From contig OX597815.1 of NCBI GenBank assembly GCA_951406725.2, positions 19,902,001 through 19,966,000 of the forward strand: a DNA stretch of 64,000 nt, read 5' to 3'. Both the position numbers and the translations under genes were made by a program. Source of the stretch: Octopus vulgaris (Eukaryota). Each line of letters begins with the position of its first letter. The first letter of the stretch is position 1. Below are positions 14,683-28,828 of the stretch, in pieces. The notes beneath the pieces were generated by a model. It saw only the letters and a list, made by a program, of their open reading frames with translations, was not told where the DNA came from and made no database searches.

Positions 14683-15151
14683 CATATATATATACACACA
14701 CAGACAGACAGATAGAGACTGTGAGAATGAGTTATAATTGGATACATTAATAATTAGTGAATTCATACGCAAGGTTATATGTGTGTGTACGTATGTATGT
14801 ATGTATGTATGTATGTATGTATGTATGTATGTATGTATGTATATCATCATCATCATCATCATCATATATATATATATATATATTAAGAGACCGCGAGGGA
14901 GATATTGACAGACAAGCAAATAATTCCGCTAGGTGGCAGGACAATCAAGCAAGATACTTTGCCATGTTGAGTTAAGTCCCTTTGCGTTCGGCTTTGAAAT
15001 ACTTCCAGGCCTGATTTTTGCTTATTAAGATTCAGGATTAGATTATAATTGTTACTAGTCATATTCTCCTATGAATTTAATTCTCAAAACTTGTCGTATA
15101 ATACCCACGATAGAAATTCTTATTAACAAGATGAAAATAAGAATAAAATTT

Positions 15152-15382
15152 GTTCCAAATTTTGGCGGAAGGCCAGTAATTTTATGGGAGAAAATAAGTC
15201 GATTGCATCCTATACTCAAGTGGTGCTTACTTTATAGAAACTGAATGGATCAGGGACAAAGTTGACCTCGCAGTGTTTGACCTCAGAATTTAATAAGTCC
15301 GAAGGAATACCATAAAATATTGTTTTCCGTAACATCATAAAGCATTGTCTAAACTCAGAACGTCTTACGATTTTGCCTGCTT
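15152..15382 (-). mobile_element. Diverged Meta-domain-like SINE
   Basis: Reverse complement of the core (AAAGTTGACCTCG...TTTGACCTCAGAA) and tail (TTCCAAATTTTGGC). Confidence 0.55.
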
Positions 15383-15395
15383 TTATCAGCTTACC

Positions 15396-15451
<56 letters not shown>

Positions 15452-15629
15452 GTCCTATGATGATTTTTTGAATTTACTATTATTATAAATAAAACCTCTG
15501 CGATAAGACTCCATATGTACATCCAAAGTAACATCGACTCGATGAGACAACTGGTAAGACATGAATGGGGTATGAAACAGTACTCACTCTCGAAAGAGGT
15601 ATATAAATACAGATGAGAGCTTAACCTCC

Positions 15630-15970
15630 CTGATGATGATATAGATATGAGAAGAACCCATCAGTGGCTGTAGAGCAATGGTTTGTAAGCCCAAATAGGA
15701 TTTTATCCTAGTGACACAAGATCATAATCTCCTCACCCGAAACTATTAAGCTAATGTCTTGCACAATGGGGCAGACACAAAGCATAGACTCTGCAATGAC
15801 AAACTTCAAAGAATTGACAACATTGTTTCCCGTCGCTCAATCCTTGCTCTTCCAGAATATAAAACCAGACCTGATCGAGTTGACCGATACTAGCACTGGA
15901 GCACATGCCGTCACTATTATATCCCGCCCCTTAAGAACTGGTATGAACACCATCTACAGCCAATCACTTA
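15630..15970 (+). mobile_element. Degenerate R4/Dong-like non-LTR retrotransposon fragment (post-RT zinc-knuckle region)
   Basis: Manual translation DIDMRRTHQWL*SNGL..GFILVTQDHNLLTRNY*ANVLHNGADTKHRLCND...IDNIVS..SILA..EYKTRPDRVDRY*HW..CRHY...NWYEHH, with stops and frameshifts. Confidence 0.75.
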
Positions 15971-16064
15971 GTGAGAGAATGTTTTGTCTCAGTGTAAAAG
16001 GTGGGCTACAGCAAATATTCTGCACAATACCACAGATTTTCTTGTCAGTAACTTGATCTTAACC

Positions 16065-16463
16065 AGTTGATTAAGGCCCTTATTGGCTAACGATATGTGC
16101 ATCTCTGATCACGAGCAGGAGTAGTTGGTGGGGTATCATAGCCATGTTTTGAAAGGGATTTTTTAGGGTCTGAATAAATCTCTCCTGGAAATATTGGTGC
16201 TTCGTTCATCATTCTTAAACAACTCTTATTCAAGGACCTTTAGACTGGAATGGGTTACTCGACCCGAAGAAAATTTTAACCGGGCCCTACCTGCAAGGTC
16301 GTGAGCTGTTTATCTTGATATGAGATCACCATGTGGCATAAATATTGCTGTAAGGCATATGCCTGGTGTACCCTTACGAGACGAATAGTCATGATAGGTA
16401 TATCGGGTTCTATATATTTTGTAGCTCAGTGTCACTTTGATGGTGTATACTGCTCTCTCACTC
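16065..16463 (+). mobile_element. Unclassified retroposon 3' region ending in a (TAA)n tail
   Basis: Homologous to 53607-53785 (CCTGCAAGGTC.TG.GCTGTTTATCTTGATATGA.ATCACCATG...CTGCTCTCTCACTCA + TAA repeats). Confidence 0.7.
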
Positions 16464-16479
16464 AGTAATAATAACAAAT

Positions 16480-18372
16480 ATTATCATGTGATGAAAGCTC
16501 ACAGCTTATTTTGCTGGGTATGATGGAAAGTGTCGGTTGTTCACAGCCAGCAGACTAATGTGACACGTGTTTACTGGTCATACTTCAAGAATCCTGCAAA
16601 GAATTCTTGCTGTTCCAAGCAATGCTGATTTTTTGTAGGTGTTCTGCCTTCACACTTGCACCAATCTTTTTCAGACATGTTGGTAGTTGAGTGTTGATAC
16701 GCCCAAGTGCACTAGTTACTATTGGTATCACGTCTACTCTCTTCATTGACCACAACCTTCGTATTTCCCACTTCAAATCGTCATAGTTGTTTATTTTTTC
16801 TTCTTCTTTCACATTGATCCTGTTGTAACCAGGACAGGCTATGCCGATTATCATGCATGTTCTTTCTTTTTATTCACCACAACAATGTCCGGTTTCCGAT
16901 GTCTTGATTTTCCAATTCTCATTCTCAGTGACTCCTCCTGGGGTTCGTTCAAACCACATCTTTGCTCTTTGTAGGCCGTGATTTCCACAGAGCCCCGAAT
17001 GGATCATTCTTGTCACATTGTCATGGCGTCTTTTCTATTCGCAGTGCGCCAATTTCAGGCATTCGCAAACGATGCGCCATACCGTTTCACCCCTCTCACA
17101 TACCGAAGTGATGCTATCGCCCACATATTAACTGCTTGTATTTTATTCCTTCCAGTCAGTTTTGAGCGCAACACCAACCTTACTCTTCGGAAATATTCCA
17201 TCCTCAATTACTCCTTCATTTCCTTCTCCATTATCTCGTTGAACTCTAGTACACCAAGGTATTTGTAGCCTTCTGTTTTGATGTGTTTAATAAAGTCTAT
17301 ATTCGGTATTTCTATCCCTGCTACAGACTGTACCTTGCCTCTTTTTAGGTAGATTATTCCGCACTTCTTGAGTTAAAATTCCATTCTAATATCAATACTA
17401 AAACAGTGGACTGTTCAAGGAACTCACTTGAGTCACATCCTTGCCATACAGTTTCAAATCATCCATAAAGATGAGGCGGTTGATTGTTTGGGATTTTTCC
17501 TTCAGTTAGTACCCCAGGTTCATTTTCCTAATTACCAAGTTCAGGGGTGGTCATGCAGAGAACAAAAATCAACGGAGATAGGCTATCACCCTGGAAAATT
17601 CCTCTCTCTTAATACCCAGGGTGCCCAAGATTTTTCCGTGAGATGTCAATTCAGTTTTCCATCCTACCATACTTCTTTTCAGGAAACACATTACATTCTT
17701 TGCAATTCCAAACAGACATAAGCACTCGATGATCCACAAATGTCGAATCATATCATGAGCTTTGCGAAAGTCAATCCAGGCCATTCTCAGATTTGCTCTC
17801 CTTCGTTTACAATCTTGCATTTCTATCAATAGTTTATATTTGATGCCACTGAATCTCCTTCTACAGCCTTTTTGTTACGTCGGTAATATATCGTTTTCAT
17901 CAAAAAATGTATACAGCTCTTCTTGCAATTCCTCCTGGCAGTAACTCCCACATTAATGGGAGGCAGGGAATTGGTCTGTAATTGCCAGCGGCATTTCCCT
18001 TTGATCCATCTTTCAGACACAACACCGTTCGTCCTTTTGTCAACCAGCGCGGGATTTCTTTTTCTCCATTGATCAATGATTTAAATTGCCCTGCGATCAA
18101 TTTATGGCAATTACTGAACTATTTTTTTTTATCCTAAATCCCTGTACCCCATCAGGTCCTGCTGCTTTTCAGTTATTCATCTTTTTTACTCATATTTCTG
18201 ATACTGTCTTCTGTGAAATGCATAGTCTCTTGCTGAGGATAAGAATCTGCTTGCTTCAGGCTGTGGAGTCATTCAGCTGTTCTTGCTTACTCCATATCTA
18301 ACCCCAGAAAAGTCGACTTCCATCAGCATCAGGGACTAATCTTTCACGTTTTTTATCATCATTAATCTCTTG
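16480..18372 (-). mobile_element. 5'-truncated, frameshifted R4/Dong-like LINE (RT + zinc knuckle + restriction-like endonuclease)
   Basis: Motifs [67 protein letters not shown]...RHDNV, KEEEKINNYDDLKWEIRRLW..VIPIVTSALG..LGTARILCRIL*; abuts (TAA/TTA)n at 18375-18497. Confidence 0.88.
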
Positions 18373-18407
18373 GTTATAATAATAATAATAATATTTATTA
18401 TTTTTAA

Positions 18408-18497
<90 letters not shown>

Positions 18498-19750
18498 CTT
18501 CATCATCCTTCATAAAAGTAAAAAGTAAAAGCTGTTTTTCTTCCCATTGTTGTTATTGCTGTTCAGTACAAATTCTTTTCAAAAAGGATAAAATAAGAAG
18601 ATGTTGGTATTTTTCATAATTGCATTTATTAAACTATCAATATTGCTGATTTTCATACTAAATACTCACAATAAATGGCGGTGCCCCAGCATGGCCACAG
18701 CTCGTGAGCTGAAACTAGATGAAATAAATTTTTTTTTTTAAATATCTGTTGTTATATAACTAATGAGGGAATAACCATTAGGAATTGTTCTTGGAGATTA
18801 TAGAAACACTCTTAGAAATTTATTTCTTGAAAACCTCAAGTAGATACGACGCCTACACACACGTGTGTGTGTGTATGTGCATGTACATATGTGTATGCTT
18901 GTATGCGTCTATGTGTGAGTCTGTGTGTGTACCTGTATACGTATGTGTGTGCGTGTTAAATCCAGGTGGCACTACGAGACATTCCCTTAGTCAGCTGTCA
19001 TTGGATCACAATAATTCTTGCATCTTCTGATTGCACCGTACCCTCCAATGGTGCTGAACAGCTTTAATGCTAACAGAGCAATTCCTGTGGAGCGCTTTTC
19101 CCTTCGTTATCCACCACAGCAACCTATGTACAGCTGCAAATATATATATTTATATAGAAAATATATTTTTTAAATTTTGCTGAAGATTTACTCTTCACTG
19201 TCCGCCTTGGTTTATCTATCACATGCCTCTGCCATATCCATGATAAAGCATTTTCTGCTTGTCTTTCCAATTCGTAAAATCAGTGCTATTGTATACTTCT
19301 TCAATTAAAAGCTAACCAGGTATTATGAATCTAGCTCCAAATCTATATATCCCACATCTACTCTACTCAAAACACACTACATTCACATTTTCGTGCTTCA
19401 CGCAATTTTCTCAAAGTCCTTCCTATGTATTTTAGTCCTTTCCTTCTGTGTCTCTTCTTCCGATGTTTCATTCCTAGTGTACTGTCACTTCAAGAAACCA
19501 GGACGATTTTATCAAACCAGGCCATGCGTTCAGCTCAAGGCGCTGCTTTGATTTTATAGATTAGTTGGCGAACAAGAGTACTTCCTTCTCGTCCATCTTC
19601 CGAATGCAACGAGTCTTGGCTACTGTTAGTGCATTAACGTGGCTGCATTACTATTCTCCTATTCTCTTATTCTCTTACGTCAACAAGGATATTCGAGACT
19701 TGGTGATGCTTCCAGATATAATCTGTAAATATATATGCTTATATATATAT

Positions 19751-19813
<63 letters not shown>

Positions 19814-19960
19814 CATATATTGATTTTATATACATATATATATATATGTATATGTGTGTGTATAATATTGTATTATTATATCATATTACATTACATTGCA
19901 TATTACATTTTATATATATATATATAAAATTTGTACAAATATATGTGCGTGTATACATAC

Positions 19961-20016
<56 letters not shown>

Positions 20017-20111
20017 TATATATATATATTTATCTGTAATATACATAAATACACATATGTGAATACATATATATACTAAACATGCAGATAGAGAGAGAGA
20101 CACACACACAT

Positions 20112-20166
<55 letters not shown>

Positions 20167-20539
20167 AACATATATATATATATATTTAACATTCCAAAGA
20201 ATTCATAGGCTACTCTGAATTTTGCTCCGAGCTGTTCCCGAAAGTGAATAAATTAATTTGTTTATAGTTACTATTGTGAAGGTAGATTGACATTGAAGAG
20301 TGGCAAGTCGGTCTGGAAAATGGATTTAGATATGTAGGGATTATATTATAAATTTACTGTTGTCCTCAGTACCATTTAGCTTGTATGTGTGAACGTATTT
20401 ATTAATGTATGTACATATGTATACATAGTTATCTTATATATATATATATATTCACTTGACTGTTCCTCTGCCACAATATTGCGTACTCTTTAACTTTTGT
20501 TGTTTCCGTGTGCATTTTACATTTATGTGTGCATACATG

Positions 20540-20608
<69 letters not shown>

Positions 20609-21601
20609 ATGTATGTTTGTATGTATGTATGTATGTATGTATGACGAAAGAGTGTACGATTTAGGCAAGATTTGACTTCTCTTCTAGCAGGTTAGTTGAC
20701 CATGTAGACAAAACTTTTGTCAGCGGTTTTTAAACTCTTAAGTAGTTTGATATGATATTGGACATTTTTCATAATTCATCATTTATCTGGAAGTAGACAA
20801 AATATATACATATATGAAATTCATGTATATCATAGAATCCAGTTTGTTCTATAAGTTATATTCGTGGATCAAAATAATCAGGAATCAATTTTTTAAGCGA
20901 TATTCCGTTCCTATTGTAAGTAGGTCAAAGCCCAAATAGACTACCTATCTCATATATATATAAATACACACACGGGGTGCAGTGAATATATTGTCGTCTG
21001 AATTACGCAAAAATGAATATAACACTGACATCTCATTTTAATAGATATATTATCTATATTATCTATGAAAACCAAATATGCCCGAATAAGAACGAACTTA
21101 TTCTAAAGCTTGGTCAAGCTGCAATTAGATAATATCACACGAAGCAGTATTCCAGAAAAATGTACCCCAGCTGCTATTTCTGAAATATTTAAGATGAAAT
21201 TATAGGATGCCACTGGCGTCACTTCTGGTCACTTTCATTTTCCTTTTAAACCTAAAGTACATATTAACCTTGTAAATAATATCTTTGATTATTGAGATTA
21301 ATTAAACTGGCTTAATTACCGTTCTATAGCATATTTTACAAACAATAAAACACCACACTTTAGAATTTAGAACAGTTTAGCCGAAGACAGAAGTGGAAGT
21401 GAGATTATCACGTGACTTTAAGAGCAACCGATATACTGTTATAGCTTGTAAAATTTTATCAATTGCTGCACAATGAACAAGAAAAATAGGAATAACAATA
21501 CTTGTAAACATTCTATCCAGGTTTTTCCATTTTTTTTTTTTATTAAAAAGTATTACTATTCTATTAACAATTAAAAAGTTTTCCTAAAAGACATTAATAT
21601 C

Positions 21602-21968
21602 TTACTCTTTTACTTGTTTTAGCCATTTGACTGTGGCCATGCTGGAACACCACCTAGTATTTATTCTAGTACTTCTTCTATCGGTCTCTTTTGCCGAACC
21701 GCTAAGTTACAGGGACGTAAGCACACCAACATCGGTTGTCAAGCGATGTTGGGGGGGGGGACAAACATAAACACACACTCACATATATATATACATACAT
21801 ATATACGACGGGCTTCTTTCAGTTTCCGTCTACCAAATCCACTCACAAGGCTTTGGTCGGCCCGAGGCTATAGTAGAAGACACTTGCCCAAGGTGCAACG
21901 TAGAGGGACTGAATCCGGAACCATGTGGTTCGTAAGCAAGCTACTTACCACACAGCCACTCCTACGCC
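21602..21968 (-). mobile_element. CORE-type tRNA-derived SINE (octopus OR-like), internally deleted
   Basis: Reverse complement of 33916-34328; CORE-like ACCTTGGGCAAGT; head GGCGTAGGAGTGGCTGTGTGGTAAG. Confidence 0.9.
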
Positions 21969-22736
21969 TCTTAAGTACCATTTCTAAATAAGCACATCAT
22001 ATTTTCAGTGTTTAGATCATATTACTGAGTGAAACGAACGTCACAATTGTTTGTGTAAAGTTTTTTCAGTTATTTTATGAAACCTAAACTTAAAATAAAC
22101 TAAGCAAGGAAGGCAATGAAGATTAGCACGAGAAAGAAAAGAAGGCAAATAAAACAGCTAATTTAATAAAATTTTAAACTATGATTATTTTATGTATGCA
22201 ATGTTTCTTAATATTACTCATAATGGCAAAAGTATACTTCCAAAATTACATTTCATATGACCGGTAACACTAGGGCGCACATACACACACACACATATAT
22301 ATATATATGAAGATGTGTATGTGCGTATGTATGTACCTATGTATGTATGACGCTTGTACACTAGCTATCGTCATCATTCATATAACATAATTATTCGAGC
22401 AGGTTTATTGTATATATATATATATATGCTCCGCTGATGAAAACTTAGGTTAATCAACGTAACTCATCTTCTGAGCCAGCTTGCATTATTTTAAACTTCC
22501 ATCATTTCCAATTAACACTAAATTACGTTCATGTCCAATGTTGTAACGTAGGCGATATTTCAAAAAGAGAAATTTCTTCAGTGCTACAAATATTTATATT
22601 CTTTTTGCGCCAAAAGAAAAAAAGAGGGAGGAAAATACTTTAATTTTCTGAAAACCATAAGCGGCATCTCTAAACCTATTTTCCTATCATTTATATATAT
22701 AAACATATGTAGATAAATACATATATCTCTTATCCA

Positions 22737-22906
22737 CAAGATTTTTTTTTATTCTCCCTCTGTTTATTTTCTTTTATTCCTTTCTGTTGAAGAGCGTAGG
22801 CTCGAAACGTAAACGACTTTCTCACTTTCCCGAGCGTCAAAATGAATACATCTGCTCGTTGTTCATACCCGTCTTCGTCTTTTAATTTTGTGCATGTTTC
22901 AACTAC
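22737..22906 (+). mobile_element. Penelope-like terminal-repeat fragment with minimal hammerhead motif (family A, copy 1)
   Basis: CTGTTGA-A-GAG(CGTAGG)CTC-GAAA-CGTA at 22784-22811; homologous to 26897-27100 and 30180-30365; ends in (TA)n. Confidence 0.6.
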
Positions 22907-22981
22907 TTATATATATATCCTATGTGTGTGTGTGTGTGCATGTATGCATATGTATATATATAAATAGATAAAATTTTTGTT

Positions 22982-23055
<74 letters not shown>

Positions 23056-23324
23056 TGTGTGTGCTTGTGTAGGCATGTTGATGTAAATAGGATAAATAGA
23101 ACTCAAAATATGAGTATATGTATATTTGTTTTATGTATGAGTATATATATATATATATATTGATCCAGTCAGTATCTTGCTACTCTGAGTTTCGTCTGTG
23201 AGTACACGTGGTCTTCAGGAAAGTTACGACTGACACGACCGAAATAAAACTAAAAGTATATCTTATTTCTGCGAAACCAGTGGTCATCTTCTGACTGGCC
23301 ATAACAATCAGACTGATATATATT

Positions 23325-23740
23325 TTTTACTTGTTTCAGTCGGTTTGACTGTGGCCAAACTGGGGCACCGCCTTCAAGGGTTTCAATCAAACAAATCGAC
23401 CCCAGGTCTAACGTTTTAAAAGCCTAGTACTTATTCTATCCATCTCTTTTGTCGAATTGTTAAGTTACAGGGACGTAAACACACCAACACCGATTGTCAA
23501 CCAGCAGTGGTGGGGAGACAAAAGACAGACACAAAGACGCAAACACATAGATACACACACACACACATATATATATATAAGACGGTATTCTTTCAGTTTC
23601 CGTCTACCAAATCCACTCACAGAGCTTTGGTCGGCCCGAAGCTATAGTAGATGACACTTGCCCAAAGAATCATGCAGTGGGACTGAACTTAGAACTATGT
23701 GGTTGAGAAGCAAGATTCTTACCACACAGCCAAGCCTGCA
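23325..23740 (-). mobile_element. CORE-type SINE
   Basis: Reverse complement of 33916-34328. Confidence 0.9.
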
Positions 23741-24209
23741 TATATTACATATAATATTAGACACCAAATTTAATTTCACTGCACTTGTCCTGAGATCAAC
23801 ATATCATCTGATCATGCTAAAGATCATCACAAATAGCATGTTTCGTATGGTTTGTTTGTGTGTTTGTTTGTTTTTTTTCTTTTTTTTATTTTTCCTTTTC
23901 CCTTTTTGCACCACAGGAAATAATTATGGTCCAAGTTGAAACCAACACTTTATAAGTAACAAGAGTTATTTCCCTTTCATATAAGCTAACTGTCTATTGT
24001 CTCCCGTATTTCCGTTACAATTTTAGTTGATTTTCTGGGATGTTATCAGTTGATATAAAGAAATGTTACTGTCACTTCAAAATTAAGACACAAAATCAAA
24101 CACAAACATACACACACACACACACACAGATACGAGTGCACGAACACTGACACGCACACATATGCGTGTGGGGTTGGGGGCGTATACATAATAATAATAA
24201 TAATAATAA

Positions 24210-24269
<60 letters not shown>

Positions 24270-24296
24270 CGTGTCTCTAAAATATTAATAATAATA

Positions 24297-24347
<51 letters not shown>

Positions 24348-24352
<5 letters not shown>

Positions 24353-24690
24353 CGTGTCTCTAAAAGAAATGGAGAAACTTTCAAAATACAAAGACCTGGA
24401 AATAGAGGTAACCAGAATGGGGAATCTGAAAACAGAAACAATTCCTATCATAGTAGGTGCATTAGGTATGATAAAAAAATATTCAGACAAATACATAACA
24501 AAAACACCAGGACTTACAAACACATATAACATACAGAAAATTGCACTACTAGGCACTGCACACATCCTACGAAGAACACTTTCCATACAATAACCATCAG
24601 AGCATCACAACAAATCACAGCACATACCCAAGGCACACAGAGCTGCGCTCGGTAGTGAAGTGAAAGCACGCTATAAAAATAAAACTACTG
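24348..24690 (+). mobile_element. 5'-truncated R4/Dong-like LINE 3' end (RLE C-terminus + 3'UTR) within (TAA)n
   Basis: Open frame SLKEMEKLSKYKDLEIEVTRM..KTETIPIIVGALG...IQKIALLGTAHILRRTL*; (TAA)n on both sides. Confidence 0.88.
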
Positions 24691-24744
24691 AATAATAATA
24701 ATAATAATAACAACAACAGCAACAATAATAATAATAATAATAAT

Positions 24745-24863
24745 GATCCTTTCTACTATAGGCACAAGGCCTGGAATTTGAGGGTTGGGGATAGTAGATC
24801 ACATCGACCCCAATACTTGACTCGTACTCAATCTATCGACCCCGAAAGGATGAAAGGCAAAGT
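24745..24863 (-). mobile_element. 3' fragment of Meta-domain-like SINE
   Basis: ATCGACCCCGAAAGGATGAAAGGCAAAGT and the tail CCTTTCTACTATAGGCACAAGGCCTGGAATTT. Confidence 0.85.
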
Positions 24864-24925
24864 GTATATATTAGAGTGAATGTGTGTGAGTGTATGTGGT
24901 GAGAATGTATATATATATATATATA

Positions 24926-25315
24926 CTAGCAGCATCACCCAGCGTTGCTCGGGTTCGTTTCGACCCTTTAAAATTGGAATTTTTTAAAAGTAAAAATCTT
25001 GCATTGTGTAGCTTGTTATTCTCTTTAAGTGAACATTTTTCTGGTTGAAATACACCGAAAAATAGTGACACAGCAGTAAAAAAAATCGTAAAAAATAGGG
25101 ATTTTCATAGAAAAAAAGCACCTTTTTATGTAAATAATTTTAAGTGTTAACATGGTCCGATTTGAATTTTTTCTTCTACGGATGGAAGAGTAAGCCTTCT
25201 TCTATCATAGTCTCAATTTTGGTCAACTTGCGCCGCAGGGTCTCGGAGGAGATAGTGTTAGTTGAAGGCTACCAAACCTGCCATACACAGACAACTTTAG
25301 CTTTATATATAAAGA
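24926..25315 (-). mobile_element. Non-autonomous Helitron, copy 1
   Basis: Minus strand: A|TCTTTATATATAAAG ... subterminal hairpin CCCGAGCAACGCTGGG ... CTAG|T; no TSD; homologous to 32304-32694. Confidence 0.85.
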
Positions 25316-25664
25316 TATATTGACATAATAGAACTTAAATGTATCACCCTTTTCTGAGGTTCTTGAGCGTCTTTACGTAAAGAGTACTTTTTATCGAACT
25401 TACTCTCGTGTTAAAGTACTCAATATAGATATCCTTGGCATTTATGAAGTAGCTACTTCATCTGAATACCACTTCCAGCACAAAACTCGGAGTAGCAACT
25501 AAGTTCGGTTGGATCTCTCCGCATATGATATGCTGAATAGCTTCATATTTGTTTGTACGGCAGGTGTTCTTTAACAGTTAGTGACTGGAGATCAGACAGC
25601 ACTTATAGGTTTTCCAGAATCTTCCAGATAGTAGCATTGATGCGATTGGTATCCGACTTAAACA

Positions 25665-25866
25665 AGGCGGCGAGCTGGCAGAATCGTTAGCACGCCGGGC
25701 GAAATGCTTAGCCGTATTTCGTCTGCCCTTATGTTGTGAGTTCTAATTCCGCCGATTAAATAAGTACCAGTTACGCACAGGGGTCGATGTAATCGACTTA
25801 ATACCTACGTCTGTCCGTGTTTGTCCCCTCTATGTTTAGCCGCTTGTGGGTAATAAAGAAATAGGT
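25665..25866 (+). mobile_element. Young SINE (Meta-domain-like family) with central deletion and 17-bp TSD
   Basis: Intact head GGCGGCGAGCTGGCAGAATCGTTAGC; TSD GGTATCCGACTTAAACA at 25648-25664 and 25864-25880. Confidence 0.9.
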
Positions 25867-26452
25867 ATCCGACTTAAACATAAACCAAAGCTTGCAAGGA
25901 AAATTTAGGGCACGGAAGGAAGAAATTTTAGAGTTTTGGATTTATAAGGAGATAATATCGTTTGTAGCTAGTATCTGTTTGGTGAGGTGAGAGAGAGAGA
26001 GAGAGAAGCAGACACAGAGCGAGGGAGTGCGTGTGTGTACGTGTATGCAACATAATGGAAACTGCCATAACTGGCAAGATTTCTCAAAACTCAATAAACT
26101 CAATATCAAAAACTAAATCTTCGTGCCTGTTTAAAAAGTCATTAATCTGGGACAAAAGAAAGGTTGCTTGCTTTCTTCTTTTTAGTAAAACCCCCCGCTG
26201 CTCGATGCAGAACGTAACTCAAAAACTATATATCAGTATAAATATATTGATTAACGGATTATTTACGAAGTGCATGTATGTATTATATGTATGTGTGTGT
26301 ACATGTGTGTGTGTGTGTGTGCTTGCGAGAGAGAGAGAGAGAGAAAGAGAGAGAAAGAGAGAAAGAGGAACAGAGAGAGATAGAGAGAGGGCATATATTT
26401 GTATATATGTATGTACAACTAAATCATATGAATGTGAACATCAGACACACAC

Positions 26453-26493
<41 letters not shown>

Positions 26494-26522
26494 TATATAT
26501 ATATATTGTATATATATATATG

Positions 26523-26565
<43 letters not shown>

Positions 26566-26597
26566 ATATATATGTATTATATATATATATATGTATG

Positions 26598-26678
<81 letters not shown>

Positions 26679-26896
26679 CATAGAAGACTTTCTGCCAGAT
26701 AAGATCACGCTTATTCCCTTTATATCATCTCTCAGAAGTTAATTCTTTCCGTCTATTCTTACACACCAGCCGGAAATAATCTTCAGTTTGTATAAATTTT
26801 TATTAACCACAATTGGTGAAAAATATCTCGCTATAGCAAATTGCTACTCCCTGTGGAAGACGTATGTTTCTCATTCTACATATATATATATACATA

Positions 26897-27099
26897 GGGA
26901 GAGTTTCCGAAAAAAAAAACAAAAGACGAAGATAGGTGGTGTACAAAACAAATAGTTGTATTAATATAACGCTCAGGAATAGAAAAAATCCTTTACATTA
27001 CGAGCCTACGCTCTTCTTACAGAAAGGGACACAGAAAAAAAACAAGGAGAGAAACAAGGAGAGAAAAAAATGTGTGTAGTGGCTAACGATCTATCATGG

Positions 27100-27100
<1 letters not shown>
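26897..27100 (-). mobile_element. Penelope-like terminal-repeat fragment (family A, copy 2; hammerhead mutated)
   Basis: Reverse complement of 30180-30365; motif reads CTGTAAGAAGAGCGTAGGCTCGTAATGTA. Confidence 0.6.
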
Positions 27101-27146
<46 letters not shown>

Positions 27147-28741
27147 ATATATATGTGTGTGTGTGTGTATATATATATATGTGTGTATGTATGTATGTAT
27201 GTATGTATGTATGTATGTATGTATGTATGTATGTATGTATGTATGTATGTATGTATGTATTTCTAAATGCGTGTGTGTGTCATGATACATTTTGTCTGGG
27301 CATTTATATGAGTAAACAGTGACTTGATGAGCTTTGTTTCAGAATGTCAGACAGCAAAGCAATTGGATTTATGCGGTTGAGGATCAGAGAATGAAATGAT
27401 GTGACGCTAAGTCTCTAACTGAAGCCCTGTGTTAGTCTAATTAAAGCTGAAAGTACATTTCACTAATCTTTAATAATTTCAATAATGATTGGTTATCTCA
27501 TTCGACCAAGTAGCTTATGCACCTGAAAAATCAGCGTCATTTCCGTTGATAACTTTGCTCATATGTATGGTTAGCTCACTACTGTCAAATTATTTCCTTT
27601 CCTTTTTTTCTCCCTCGTTTTTAATGTTAAATTATTTACATTTGTACCTGAGTTAAATACAAAATAAGGACAGAAAAATGGGCAGGAAAATACGAAAGTT
27701 TAATGAAATGTCAAACAGAGGAGAGAGAAATTTTATAACCAAAAAGAGGAATAACAGACCATTCAGAATACAACCAACACATACTGCACCTTTACTGTGT
27801 GTTGTATATGCATTAGACATGTCACTATAAAATACTGACTGTCAACTGACGTTCTGACATTGACTATGCAACAGATAGATATTTCAAGGAAGGTCTAGTG
27901 TCAAACCCTTACTTCTGGGGTATAGTTATGGAAAGGCCGAATGAATTCCTTGATACCAAACGGGCGTCAAAATGCTCTAAAGAAAAAGACAGAATGGCCA
28001 AATTTGTCGGCACTGAAGTCATTGAAGGAACTCAATTTAAAATTGCCCTCACCTGAAGGGGATGCTAAAAAGGGGTATGTTTTCTTTTATTGCATCGATT
28101 CTTGCAGAATAATTACAAAAATGATATTTCATATTTTTTTTCAATCACGATTTGAAAACCAAGTTTTGTTTATTAGTTTTCTCTATGTTCACCGACTCAA
28201 TCACTATTTCGTTAATTATAGAAATTTTATGAAATTGATCCATCATAACTTCTTACGAAGCTACAATCATCATGTCTTACAATTCCTACAGTCACTGATT
28301 CTATCGTAAATTAAACATTCCAGTAATTTAACTTTTTACCACCTTCTAATAAAAAAAATATACAGTACAAAGTGCTTAGCAAATATTCAGTCAGTTGAGT
28401 ATTTCTATACCAAGTGTTTCTTTCCGGAGCCTTTTATGTGTTGTATCTAAAGATTCACTTCTTAATACACGGCAATAGCCTAAGAATGAATATGTTAGCT
28501 TCTTATAAATTCTGGAAACTTTCGATTGAAAAATACAGTCTAATGATCTAAAAACTATTAATGAGTTTTTCTGTAATATCGCCCGGAAGCTAACATAGTT
28601 TGAGTATAATATTTGTTTCTACAAATGCAATCTATATAAATATTACCTAAACATTTTGTACCGTTTATATTTGCAAAACTTAGTATACAAATAGATAGAT
28701 ATACACACAGAAAAGCGCATTCGCACGTACATACATACCTA

Positions 28742-28772
<31 letters not shown>

Positions 28773-28773
28773 C

Positions 28774-28776
<3 letters not shown>

Positions 28777-28828
<52 letters not shown>

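Noticed and set aside
23180-23230. Minus-strand CTGAAGA...GAAACTC-AGAGT motif between TA repeats
   Set aside because: Core boxes present but no G10.1-C11.1 pair, an offset stem I and a non-palindromic stem III; too degenerate to call.
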